Shown piece after piece: positions 7,931 to 16,464 of a DNA stretch of 26,722 nt. The DNA is from Candidatus Hodarchaeota archaeon. Its GTDB lineage: Archaea > Asgardarchaeota > Heimdallarchaeia > Hodarchaeales > Hodarchaeaceae. The position numbers and the translations under genes are program-made. The DNA lies in assembly GCA_016839815.1 (NCBI GenBank), contig JAEOTM010000134.1, forward strand, positions 1-26,722, given 5' to 3'. Each line of letters begins with the position of its first letter. The stretch's first letter is position 1. Under the pieces are notes generated by a model. That model did no database searches. It was not told the DNA's origin and was given only the letters and a program-made list of their open reading frames with translations.

Positions 7931-8650
7931 TTAAAGAATGACTACGACAACCACTAAGGCAATCACAGATCCTGCTAGAAGGGCTAAAAGAGTTCGATTC
8001 TGAGTTAGCTTTCTAGAAATTTTTGTTAGTGTAGATTGAATTTTTTGTAGTTTATTATCGACGTCTGTAATTTTTGTATCAATTTGATCGATTTTAACTC
8101 CCTGCTCGTCAAGTCTCCTAGTCAATGTAGCTAAATTGGCTGAAATATTATTCATTTGAGCATTCATTTGATCCATTGATTCCAAAAATGAATTTTCAAG
8201 CATCTGAAGCCTCTCTTCAAGTGTAACTACATTTTTCGAAGTTATCGCTTCACCCGGATAGGCTAATTCATAAATTCTATTTCCTACTTCTTCACCTTTG
8301 AGAGGACTCGCCTGAAGATCCATAGACTCAATAGATTCACCAATATTCGTCAAAGTGCCACGTAAAGATTTCATTTTAAGCTTTGTTTCACTAAGCTCAT
8401 TTAATTTCTCATTTTGAAGACGAATAATAGGGGGTTGAATGAGTCTAGGTAGATTGGCAATGATTCTGGAAGAAAGAGAGCGTTTATCTATAACTTGTGA
8501 TTTAAAACCTTCAGATATGTCATCAGTCATATTTTCCATTGATTCGAGTACAGAATGTAAATCATTGACAAATCCTTTAATCATTTCTTTTTCTGTTTGC
8601 TCTGCAGGTCTTTTAAACCATTTAGATAACCTCTTTGTCAGTAAGGCCAA
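7931..8650 (-). CDS. Tail-anchored coiled-coil protein with a Q-SNARE-like motif
   Basis: Heptad region aa 159-211 with central LDEQG, a basic linker and a C-terminal TM helix (aa 221-239); no signal peptide. TTG start preceded by a strong AAGGAGG SD. Confidence 0.8.
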   Translation of the reverse strand: MALLTKRLSKWFKRPAEQTEKEMIKGFVNDLHSVLESMENMTDDISEGFKSQVIDKRSLSSRIIANLPRLIQPPIIRLQNEKLNELSETKLKMKSLRGTLTNIGESIESMDLQASPLKGEEVGNRIYELAYPGEAITSKNVVTLEERLQMLENSFLESMDQMNAQMNNISANLATLTRRLDEQGVKIDQIDTKITDVDNKLQKIQSTLTKISRKLTQNRTLLALLAGSVIALVVVVVIL

Positions 8651-9133
8651 AAGTTGATCCTCCTTCTCATCGTCACTTATTTTTTGTACGATTTCTATTT
8701 CTCAAAAGAAAAAACTTTTCATTGAGAAAGACTAAATTAAATATAGATTTCATGATTGAATAATATTTTGTTTAACCTAAGTAATAATAAAGATGAGGGT
8801 TAATTGAATCAAATTAATTAGTTCCTAATATTCAAATCTATCCATCTAGACTTGTTAAATTCATTCTCATTCACTTTTAGCTCGAAATCAGTCTATTCGG
8901 TTTTTTTACTTTCATTAGTTTTAAAACAACCTTTGAAATAATGAGTGGGCTTAAGATAATTCATTCTACATTACCAAATCTTTATTTAAAACTAAGAGAT
9001 CAAAAGAATGTACTACTGAAAATCATCTAAAAACAATTTTGAATTAGTGATATAATCGAAGTTTCCATGAGTTGTTCAAATAATATACCCTGAGACTCAT
9101 ACAAAATATCAAAAAACTATGGATTGAACATGA

Positions 9134-12100
9134 ATGTCAAAATACGCCTCGATTAAAAAGTTTGCGTTAATTATAACGCTACTCCTACTTGTTATGAATA
9201 ATAACTTCAGTTCTATTACTGGGGATACACATTTGGATAGCAGAAAGGAAGTAAATAAGCTATCTCAAGAGATTACCGAATTAGAACAACAATATAATGA
9301 ACGAATAAATTCAGAAGAAAAAATGTACCTCTTATTCTTCCAAAGAGAGGCTGATTATTCAGGATTCATCACTAAATTTCGAACTGAAATGAATTTTAAT
9401 GGATTGATGGGAACTATTGTAGAAGTAACACCTAATAAGCTCTCTGATATTGTAAAAAAGACATCTGGTCTATCTTTTGATAATGTTCATCCAATTTCAA
9501 ACACAGAGAGAAAAATGGTTCCTTTTTCCTCTTTAGTCTCACCAATAAAGTCCAGTATTCAATCTAAATCATCAGCAAAAGCTATTGGAGTTGATACTTT
9601 ATGGAGGATGGGATACCGAGGACAAGGGGCTACTATCTCAATCTTTGATGAGGGGATAAACGCCAGCCATCCTGACTTTAGTTTCCCAAATGGAACTTCA
9701 CGAATTAAGGCTGCTAAGGGATTCATTAACACTATTTATGGTAATAAAGCAAATTTAACAAATAAAGCAGGGGAACATGGAACTTGGGTTGCAGGTATTG
9801 CAGGAGGAGGTGGCATTAAAACAGCAGATAATCAAGGTATAGCAAATGAATCTTGGTTGCTTGACGCTGATTTGGATGAAGGACCAGAAGATTACTTAGA
9901 TTTTACAATCTTAGGTGAACTCGCAGCAATTAATTGGGCAATAGAAAATGGAGTCGATATAATCAATCGGAGTTATGGGATTTCAGATGGGGAAGACGCA
10001 TATTGGTATATGAGATTGATTCCTGATTATCAAGCACGCGTAGCAGCTATACGTCAAGCTACAAAACTTGGCGTCTTATTTGTACATTCTGCTGGTAATG
10101 AAGGAAGTTCTCCTTACACAATATCAGCGGATAATACTATCCATGAAATTTCTGTTGGCGCTACAGACCAAGGTATGTATAATCTTGCCATGTATAGTAG
10201 CCGTGGACCAATTTGGAGGACGAATGCTTTAGCTCCTGATGTAGTAGCCCCTGGTACCAATGTTCTGACACCTGATGTTAATGGGGGATATGATAGTCCG
10301 CAGGGTACTTCATTTTCTGCTCCACATGTTGCTGGAGTTGCAGCGATCTTAATTGGTGCAATGAGACAGAATGGAATTGATGTAAATCCTGGTACAATTA
10401 AAGCTTCACTAATGGCGACAGCATCAGATCTAGGAGCAGAAATAATCGATCAAGGGACTGGCCAAGTTAATGCTTCAGCAGCTTTTGAAGCATTATTGAA
10501 TGCACCTCGGTCTGGAAATCACGCAATCATTGGTGTCACTAATCCAAAGAATTTGCATTTTACTGATTTTCCCACAGTACTTCAAGGATCAAAGTTTAAA
10601 CGGCCTTTTACATTTGTGTCTTCGGAATTAAATAATGTATCTGTTCAAATCGAAGGGAATTTTTCCTCATTTCTTACAATTAAAGAGCAGATCTGGGTCA
10701 ACAATTCTAATACACTAAGATTAAGTGAAACTGAACTTTCTAATGGCACTCTGAGTGATTATTACTCACATACGCTCACACTACATGTTATTGTTCCTGA
10801 TGATGCTCCGATTGGTTTCTATTCAGGAAATATCAAATTCAGAGTAAATTCTACTGATATTTATTCTGTTCCCTTCCAATTTAACATCGAAACGGCAAAT
10901 AAGAAGATATTATTTGTCACGAAAAATAGAGCCAGTTTTCCCTTTAACACATTAGGGGAATTTCGTGACTTTCAGATTGGTTTAAGCAATCAAGGAATTG
11001 TATTAATTGAGAACAATTCTGCAATTACATCTTCATCACTCGCTGGATATGATTCTATTTGGATAGCTGCTGGTAATAGAACGTATCAGAAGTATCTGTA
11101 TCTTGTGGGATTGGATGATATTGCAAGTTCAGGAGAGGAAACAATAGTTTCAGCTCAAGAACAAAATGCAATAAAATCTTTTGTTTCAAATGGTGGAAGC
11201 TTAATTCTTACACCATTTAGTACCCCTCTAGGAATGGAATCTCTCCTCAATGGATGGGGGATCTCAACACAAGAAATTACACCAAATCTGGGTATAAAAC
11301 CTGCGGAAATCGCCCATTTCAACTCCATAGGAAAGTCTACGCACTATTTTAATCCATCAGGTTCATATTTTTCCATTACCTCTCCTGCAACTCCATTAGC
11401 TTATGTAAATGAACGGGAAAATGTTGTCATGGCATCGTATGATGATCCTGATGGAGGAAGAGTTGTTATAGTTTCAGGAAGTTCATTCATAACCACACGA
11501 GGATACAATAATAGAATAACTGATGCATTTCAATATCAAGATATGTTATTTAATGATCGGTTAGCTACAGATATTTTAGATTGGAGTACCTCATCTCAGC
11601 AATTGTTTGGATCATTCGAACGTATTAATAATGAGATAACTATTTCTCTTCACGCCTCGACCAATTTTAGTCCAGAAGATATGGCTAGCATAAAAGGAAA
11701 ATCCATTAATGTAGCAACAGGTTTGGAATCGAATATTTCTATTCCCCTAAGCGGTACTAATGGATGGTTTAACTTTTCTCTTACATTGTCTGAAGGAGTG
11801 TACATGTTCAATTTTACTTGGGAATCAGAATTCGTCTCATTTGAATTTATTACTGACGAAACTAAACCAAAAATAGGTATTCTGGGTATGGAGAATAATT
11901 CTTATCTGACAGAAAGAACTGATATAACATTCTGGTTCCGTGATGACGAATCGGGAATTAATAGGTATAATTGTCAAATGATGGTTGATGGAAATCCTGT
12001 TGGGTTCAATGGTCCCAAAGTAAACTTGACAGGCACTGGATTTTATATTGAAAAATACCTTATTCCGAGTGATTTTACCTCAGGTACTCATGAAATCAGT

Positions 12101-12286
12101 TTAACAGTTTATGATATTGCAGGGAATTCTGCTGTTATCAGATTTGTATTCATTCGAGGAACTCCTCCTGATTCAGATACTACTAGAGGAAAAGCATCGG
12201 GTTTCTTATTGGGGTCAGTATTGGGAGTGATTTTAACTGCATGGATTATTCAATATAAAAAGAGAACGAAAATTTACAGTAAGTAG
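9134..12286 (+). CDS. Membrane-anchored S8 subtilisin-like serine protease, Site-1-protease-like architecture
   Basis: Signal peptide and prodomain; triad IFDEG / HGTWVAG / GTSFSAPHV, oxyanion SAGN; then an Ig-like region, a class-I-GATase-like alpha/beta domain, further beta-rich domains, and a C-terminal TM plus basic tail. About 20 N-x-S/T sequons. Confidence 0.92.
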   Translation: MSKYASIKKFALIITLLLLVMNNNFSSITGDTHLDSRKEVNKLSQEITELEQQYNERINSEEKMYLLFFQREADYSGFITKFRTEMNFNGLMGTIVEVTPNKLSDIVKKTSGLSFDNVHPISNTERKMVPFSSLVSPIKSSIQSKSSAKAIGVDTLWRMGYRGQGATISIFDEGINASHPDFSFPNGTSRIKAAKGFINTIYGNKANLTNKAGEHGTWVAGIAGGGGIKTADNQGIANESWLLDADLDEGPEDYLDFTILGELAAINWAIENGVDIINRSYGISDGEDAYWYMRLIPDYQARVAAIRQATKLGVLFVHSAGNEGSSPYTISADNTIHEISVGATDQGMYNLAMYSSRGPIWRTNALAPDVVAPGTNVLTPDVNGGYDSPQGTSFSAPHVAGVAAILIGAMRQNGIDVNPGTIKASLMATASDLGAEIIDQGTGQVNASAAFEALLNAPRSGNHAIIGVTNPKNLHFTDFPTVLQGSKFKRPFTFVSSELNNVSVQIEGNFSSFLTIKEQIWVNNSNTLRLSETELSNGTLSDYYSHTLTLHVIVPDDAPIGFYSGNIKFRVNSTDIYSVPFQFNIETANKKILFVTKNRASFPFNTLGEFRDFQIGLSNQGIVLIENNSAITSSSLAGYDSIWIAAGNRTYQKYLYLVGLDDIASSGEETIVSAQEQNAIKSFVSNGGSLILTPFSTPLGMESLLNGWGISTQEITPNLGIKPAEIAHFNSIGKSTHYFNPSGSYFSITSPATPLAYVNERENVVMASYDDPDGGRVVIVSGSSFITTRGYNNRITDAFQYQDMLFNDRLATDILDWSTSSQQLFGSFERINNEITISLHASTNFSPEDMASIKGKSINVATGLESNISIPLSGTNGWFNFSLTLSEGVYMFNFTWESEFVSFEFITDETKPKIGILGMENNSYLTERTDITFWFRDDESGINRYNCQMMVDGNPVGFNGPKVNLTGTGFYIEKYLIPSDFTSGTHEISLTVYDIAGNSAVIRFVFIRGTPPDSDTTRGKASGFLLGSVLGVILTAWIIQYKKRTKIYSK

Positions 12287-12412
12287 GCATCATGATTGTA
12301 AGTATTTCTCATTGAGACATAGACTTACCAGAAATGGAGAGTTTGATATTTCAAATCTAAGTAGTAACTCTACCATCTTACTTAAAAAAACGAGTCAGGT
12401 ATGTTGGTTGGA

Positions 12413-13687
12413 TCAAGTGACTCTCTTTCCATCATCTACAACAAGTTCTCCTTTCTTATACACTTTTTCCACATGATTTATTCCATAATTATAAGCAAAA
12501 AATCGATGATTTGGAGCATTAAAAATCACAATATCAGCATCTTTCCCAACTTCAATTGAGCCAATTCTATCTTCACGATCAATTGAATGAGCTGCATTTA
12601 TTGTTGCAGCCGTTAAAGCTTCAGCGGCAGTCATTTTCATTCGTAAGACCGCCAGTGTCATCATCATTTGCATTGACTCACATAGGTTAGCGGCACTGAC
12701 ATCAGTAGCAATTGCAACAGGCAATCCACAATCAATGATTTCTCGGGCTTTTGCATAAGTACCGACATAACAAAATGGAGATGTGGGAAGTAGAACTACT
12801 ACTGTGTCATGTCCTCGTAAGGCCTCCACTTCTTCCTTTGGAGTCCAGATTAAATGGTCTACAGAAACAAGATTTCCAATTTCGACAGACAATCGTGTAC
12901 CTCCACTATGTGCTAACCAATCACAATGATTACGAAGTTTCATACCATGCTTTCTTGCCGCTATCAAAATTTTTCGAGTTTGATCCAATGAATAATAGCC
13001 CTTTTCACAAAATACATCTGCATATTCTGCAAGATTTCTTTTCGCTATTTCTGGTATCCACTTTTCTACTATTTCATCAACTAGTGCATCGCTATCATTT
13101 TCAAATTCTGGGGGAATCCCTTGAGCTAAAAATGTAGGGATTAAATCTAAAGGATGATCCTCATTGAGCTTTTTAATTATTTCTAGTTGTTTGATCTCCC
13201 CCTTGAATGACATTTCGTATCCACTTTTTGCCTCAATTGTTGTAGTTCCATGTATAAGCATCTTGTCCAATATTCTGGTAGTTATTTCTATCTGATCTTC
13301 AAAAGAAGTTTCTGAAGTTAATTTAAGAGATTTGTTCATTCCTCCTCCCTGTTCTTTTATTTCCAGATAAGAAACCCCAAGAACTGCCATTTTTTCTAAT
13401 TCATCTTCTCTAGTTCCTGAAAACACTAGATGAACATGCGGATCAATTAATCCAGGAGTAACAAGCTTGTTCCTGGCATCTATAATCTCATAATCTCCAA
13501 TTAATTGTTTTAAGACCTCATTTGTATCTCCAACAGCAACGATCTTATCATTTTTTACTGCAACTGCTCCATTAGATATAATGGCGAGATTATTCATTTG
13601 TTCTTTAGTTCTAGGACTAGTAAATGAACCAGCTAACGTAACTAGCTCATTAGAGTTTATTATAACAAAATCTGCATTTAGAGTCAT
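12413..13687 (-). CDS. hutI: Imidazolonepropionase-like amidohydrolase (divergent active site)
   Basis: PGLIDPHVHLVF, SYLEI..GGG, GTTTIEAKSGY, DVFCEKG, SVDHL, ATD, GSIEVGKDAD motifs; hutH lies nearby. Confidence 0.8.
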   Translation of the reverse strand: MTLNADFVIINSNELVTLAGSFTSPRTKEQMNNLAIISNGAVAVKNDKIVAVGDTNEVLKQLIGDYEIIDARNKLVTPGLIDPHVHLVFSGTREDELEKMAVLGVSYLEIKEQGGGMNKSLKLTSETSFEDQIEITTRILDKMLIHGTTTIEAKSGYEMSFKGEIKQLEIIKKLNEDHPLDLIPTFLAQGIPPEFENDSDALVDEIVEKWIPEIAKRNLAEYADVFCEKGYYSLDQTRKILIAARKHGMKLRNHCDWLAHSGGTRLSVEIGNLVSVDHLIWTPKEEVEALRGHDTVVVLLPTSPFCYVGTYAKAREIIDCGLPVAIATDVSAANLCESMQMMMTLAVLRMKMTAAEALTAATINAAHSIDREDRIGSIEVGKDADIVIFNAPNHRFFAYNYGINHVEKVYKKGELVVDDGKRVT

Positions 13688-13709
13688 CTATAATCCTACT
13701 CTTAATTTG

Positions 13710-15038
13710 TTAAACATCAATATACTTTTCTCTCTCCCATGGATGAACGTATACACAAAACGCTTTCCATTCACGTTTTTTCAATTTAAGGTAACTTTCA
13801 TGAAATTGCTCTCCTAAGGATTCTTGGAGGTGATTATCTCCAGAAAATTCATTAATTGCTTCTCCTAAGGAACCTGGAAGTATCTCAATACCCCTATTCA
13901 TACGCTCCTCTTCCGACATATCATATATGTTCTCCTCCACAGATTTCGGTGGTTCTAATTGTAGATTAATACCATTTAATCCTGCGGAGAATAAACCTGC
14001 ATATGCAAGGTAAAAGTTACAGGATCCATCGGTAGGTCGATATTCCAATCTTGCGGATTTTCTACCCCCTGGAGGTATCCTGATAAGAGTTGATCTATTA
14101 TATTTTGCCCATGAAATGTACACAGGAGCTTCCCAGCCCGGAACAAGTCTTTTATAGGAATTAACAGATGGATTTGTCAACAGGGCGAGAGCTTTTGCGT
14201 GATTTAAAATACCTGCTAGGAATTGTCGAGCTATTGGACTAAGATGAGAATTATCTTCTCTACCAGAAAATAGGTTTTTATCGTTTTCTTCATCTCGGAG
14301 ATTCAAGTGAGTATGTAGTCCTGCCCCATATTCTCCATGTATCGGTTTCGGCATGAAGGATGCTATTAACCCATGTTTATCAGCTATTAACTTGATCATG
14401 AATTTAATTAGATAGATTGTGTCTACCATTTGAAGTGCCTCGGAAAAAGGAATATTGAACTCACTCTTCCCGGCTGGAACTTCGTGATGATGCTTTTCAA
14501 TTATTATTCCAATTTCTCTGAGCATTTCAGTTATTTCTAATCTAAGCTTGGTTCCTCTATCAGCAGGAGGAGAGGCAAGATAACCTGCTTTATCAATTAA
14601 TTCAACTTCCCCCTTATCTTTTTTGTTAAATAAGAAGAATTCGATTTCACTAGATGCAATTCCGCTTACAGATTGTCCTAATTGCTCCTTCATCGATTTT
14701 AATGACTTCTTTAGAATATAGCGTGGATCTAAAAGGAATGGGGAGTCTGAATCTGGTTCATATATATCACAGACAACTCTGGCAATGTTATAATCGAATA
14801 AATTAGAAGGTAATAGCACAAAACTGTTTATATCTGGTAATAATTTCACATCACTTTTACTAACATCGACTACTCCCAGAGAAGACCCATCAGTATGAAC
14901 TCCATCTTCTACCGCTTTAGAAAATTCCTGAGAGGGGATCCATAGTGTGTGTAAGATTCCTGACAAGTCAGTAAATTGTAACGCGATTTCTTTAACTTCT
15001 TTGTTAGAAATAATCTCTAAAATTTTGTTGACATTCAT
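13710..15038 (-). CDS. glnA: Glutamine synthetase family protein (type I)
   Basis: QFTDLSG, DGSS, EIEFFL, HHEV, FMPKP, NSYKRLVPGWEAP, NRS..IRIP, RLEYR. Confidence 0.9.
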   Translation of the reverse strand: MNVNKILEIISNKEVKEIALQFTDLSGILHTLWIPSQEFSKAVEDGVHTDGSSLGVVDVSKSDVKLLPDINSFVLLPSNLFDYNIARVVCDIYEPDSDSPFLLDPRYILKKSLKSMKEQLGQSVSGIASSEIEFFLFNKKDKGEVELIDKAGYLASPPADRGTKLRLEITEMLREIGIIIEKHHHEVPAGKSEFNIPFSEALQMVDTIYLIKFMIKLIADKHGLIASFMPKPIHGEYGAGLHTHLNLRDEENDKNLFSGREDNSHLSPIARQFLAGILNHAKALALLTNPSVNSYKRLVPGWEAPVYISWAKYNRSTLIRIPPGGRKSARLEYRPTDGSCNFYLAYAGLFSAGLNGINLQLEPPKSVEENIYDMSEEERMNRGIEILPGSLGEAINEFSGDNHLQESLGEQFHESYLKLKKREWKAFCVYVHPWEREKYIDV

Positions 15039-15119
15039 TTAAACGACCTTAAAATCTGTTTTTTTACGAATAGATAAATTTGATTGTCATTTACAGGTTT
15101 TATGGCTAGTAATACCTCA

Positions 15120-15136
15120 TTCCAAAGATTTTGGAA
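15120..15136. promoter_or_regulatory. Perfect inverted repeat TTCCAAA-N3-TTTGGAA, candidate operator
   Basis: Lies in the divergent intergenic region between glnA-hutI and the M20 gene. Confidence 0.35.
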
Positions 15137-15270
15137 AGACTGGGTTTTAGGAGACTGTCCTCTTCATATCTTTTTAAAATTAAGGTTGTGTTCATTCTAA
15201 TGCGGAAAATGACATTAAGTTTCTGTTTTTTACTGTTGACTGCAATATGGATTACGCTCGTGGTTCAAGG

Positions 15271-16464
15271 ATGAAAAAAAACATGCAGATTGAAGAATTA
15301 AAAGAAATAATCTTAAACGATGCAAAAAAGTTAGAATCTGACATTATTCGAATCCGTCGTCACATTCATATGCATCCAGAGACACTTTATGAAGAAGAAA
15401 ATACAGCTAAATTTATAGAGGATGAATTAACTAGAATTGGTATTGAATCCCACCGAATCGCTGGAACAGGTATTCTCGCAACGATTAAAGGAAGTAAAAA
15501 GGGTAAAATTGTAGCTCTGCGAGCTGATATTGACGCTCTTAATGTAAAGGAGGAAGCTCAAGTCTCTTATAAGAGCCTGGTTGATGGAAAAATGCATGCT
15601 TGTGGGCATGATGCACATACTTCCATGCTTTTAGGTGCTGCGAAAATTATCACGAAATATCAAAATCAACTGCTAGGGGAAGTAAAACTGATATTTCAAC
15701 CTGCAGAAGAAGGAGGTGGTGGAGCTAAGAAAATTATCACTGAAGGACACTTTAAAAATATCAATTGGGTTTTTGGCATTCATGTATGGGCTCCCTTGCC
15801 TTCTGGGACTATTGGAATCCGAAAAGGGCCAATATTTGCTTCATCCGACCGATTTCATATTACAATCTCTGGGAAGGGAGGGCACGCTGCAGCTCCACAT
15901 CAAACCATTGATCCAACTAGTGTATCAGTAGATATCTACAATGCCCTACAGAAAATCGTATCGCGTGAAGTAGATCCATTTGAACCTTGTGTACTATCAG
16001 TTCCTGTATTCGAAGCAAGCAAAGCCCATAATGTGATTCCAACTTCAACTAGGATACGAGGCACGTTGAGAACATTTAATCCTGAAGTTAGATCTTTCAT
16101 TAGGAGTCGGATAGAGGAGGTTGTAAAAGGTTACAGTTCTGCTTGGAGATGTAGTTCTAATGTGGAATTCGATCCTATGTCTTATCCTCCTGTGATTAAT
16201 GACGAAAAGACGGTAGATACACTTTTTGAAATTCTACAGGATGTAAGTGATATACAAATCATGGATCAGACAATGGTTGGGGAAGATTTTTCATTCTACC
16301 TACAGGAAACTAAAGGTGTATTTTTAACATTGGGGATTCGAAATGAAGCAAAGGGGATTATCTTTCCTCACCATCATCCAAAATTTCAAGTAGATGAAGA
16401 TATCCTATGGAAAGGAACAGCAATCTACACTCTTTTAGGATTCATTAATTCCTTTTTGATTTAG
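15271..16464 (+). CDS. M20D-family amidohydrolase (aminoacylase/carboxypeptidase-like)
   Basis: RRHIHMHPE, LRADIDAL, MHACGHD, FQPAEEG, GKGGHAA, GEDF, HHHPKF. The ORF opens at 15247; 15271 or 15283 are more likely starts. Confidence 0.92.
   Translation: MKKNMQIEELKEIILNDAKKLESDIIRIRRHIHMHPETLYEEENTAKFIEDELTRIGIESHRIAGTGILATIKGSKKGKIVALRADIDALNVKEEAQVSYKSLVDGKMHACGHDAHTSMLLGAAKIITKYQNQLLGEVKLIFQPAEEGGGGAKKIITEGHFKNINWVFGIHVWAPLPSGTIGIRKGPIFASSDRFHITISGKGGHAAAPHQTIDPTSVSVDIYNALQKIVSREVDPFEPCVLSVPVFEASKAHNVIPTSTRIRGTLRTFNPEVRSFIRSRIEEVVKGYSSAWRCSSNVEFDPMSYPPVINDEKTVDTLFEILQDVSDIQIMDQTMVGEDFSFYLQETKGVFLTLGIRNEAKGIIFPHHHPKFQVDEDILWKGTAIYTLLGFINSFLI

Noticed and set aside
7540-8657. Plus-strand ORFs 7540-7818, 7733-7918 and 8439-8657
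   Set aside because: Antisense to well-supported genes; no motifs.
8651-9133. Long AT-rich intergenic region examined for tRNA, CRISPR repeats or IS ends
   Set aside because: Only short AT-only palindromes, as expected at this base composition; no repeat array or cloverleaf seen.
12334-12376. Possible stem-loop (ATGGAGAGTT...AACTCTACCAT) between the convergent protease and hutI genes
   Set aside because: Bulged stem with a long loop; it could aid termination but is too weak to call.
16461-16464. Overlapping stop codons of the convergent M20 and hutH genes
   Set aside because: Real, but common in compact prokaryotic genomes.
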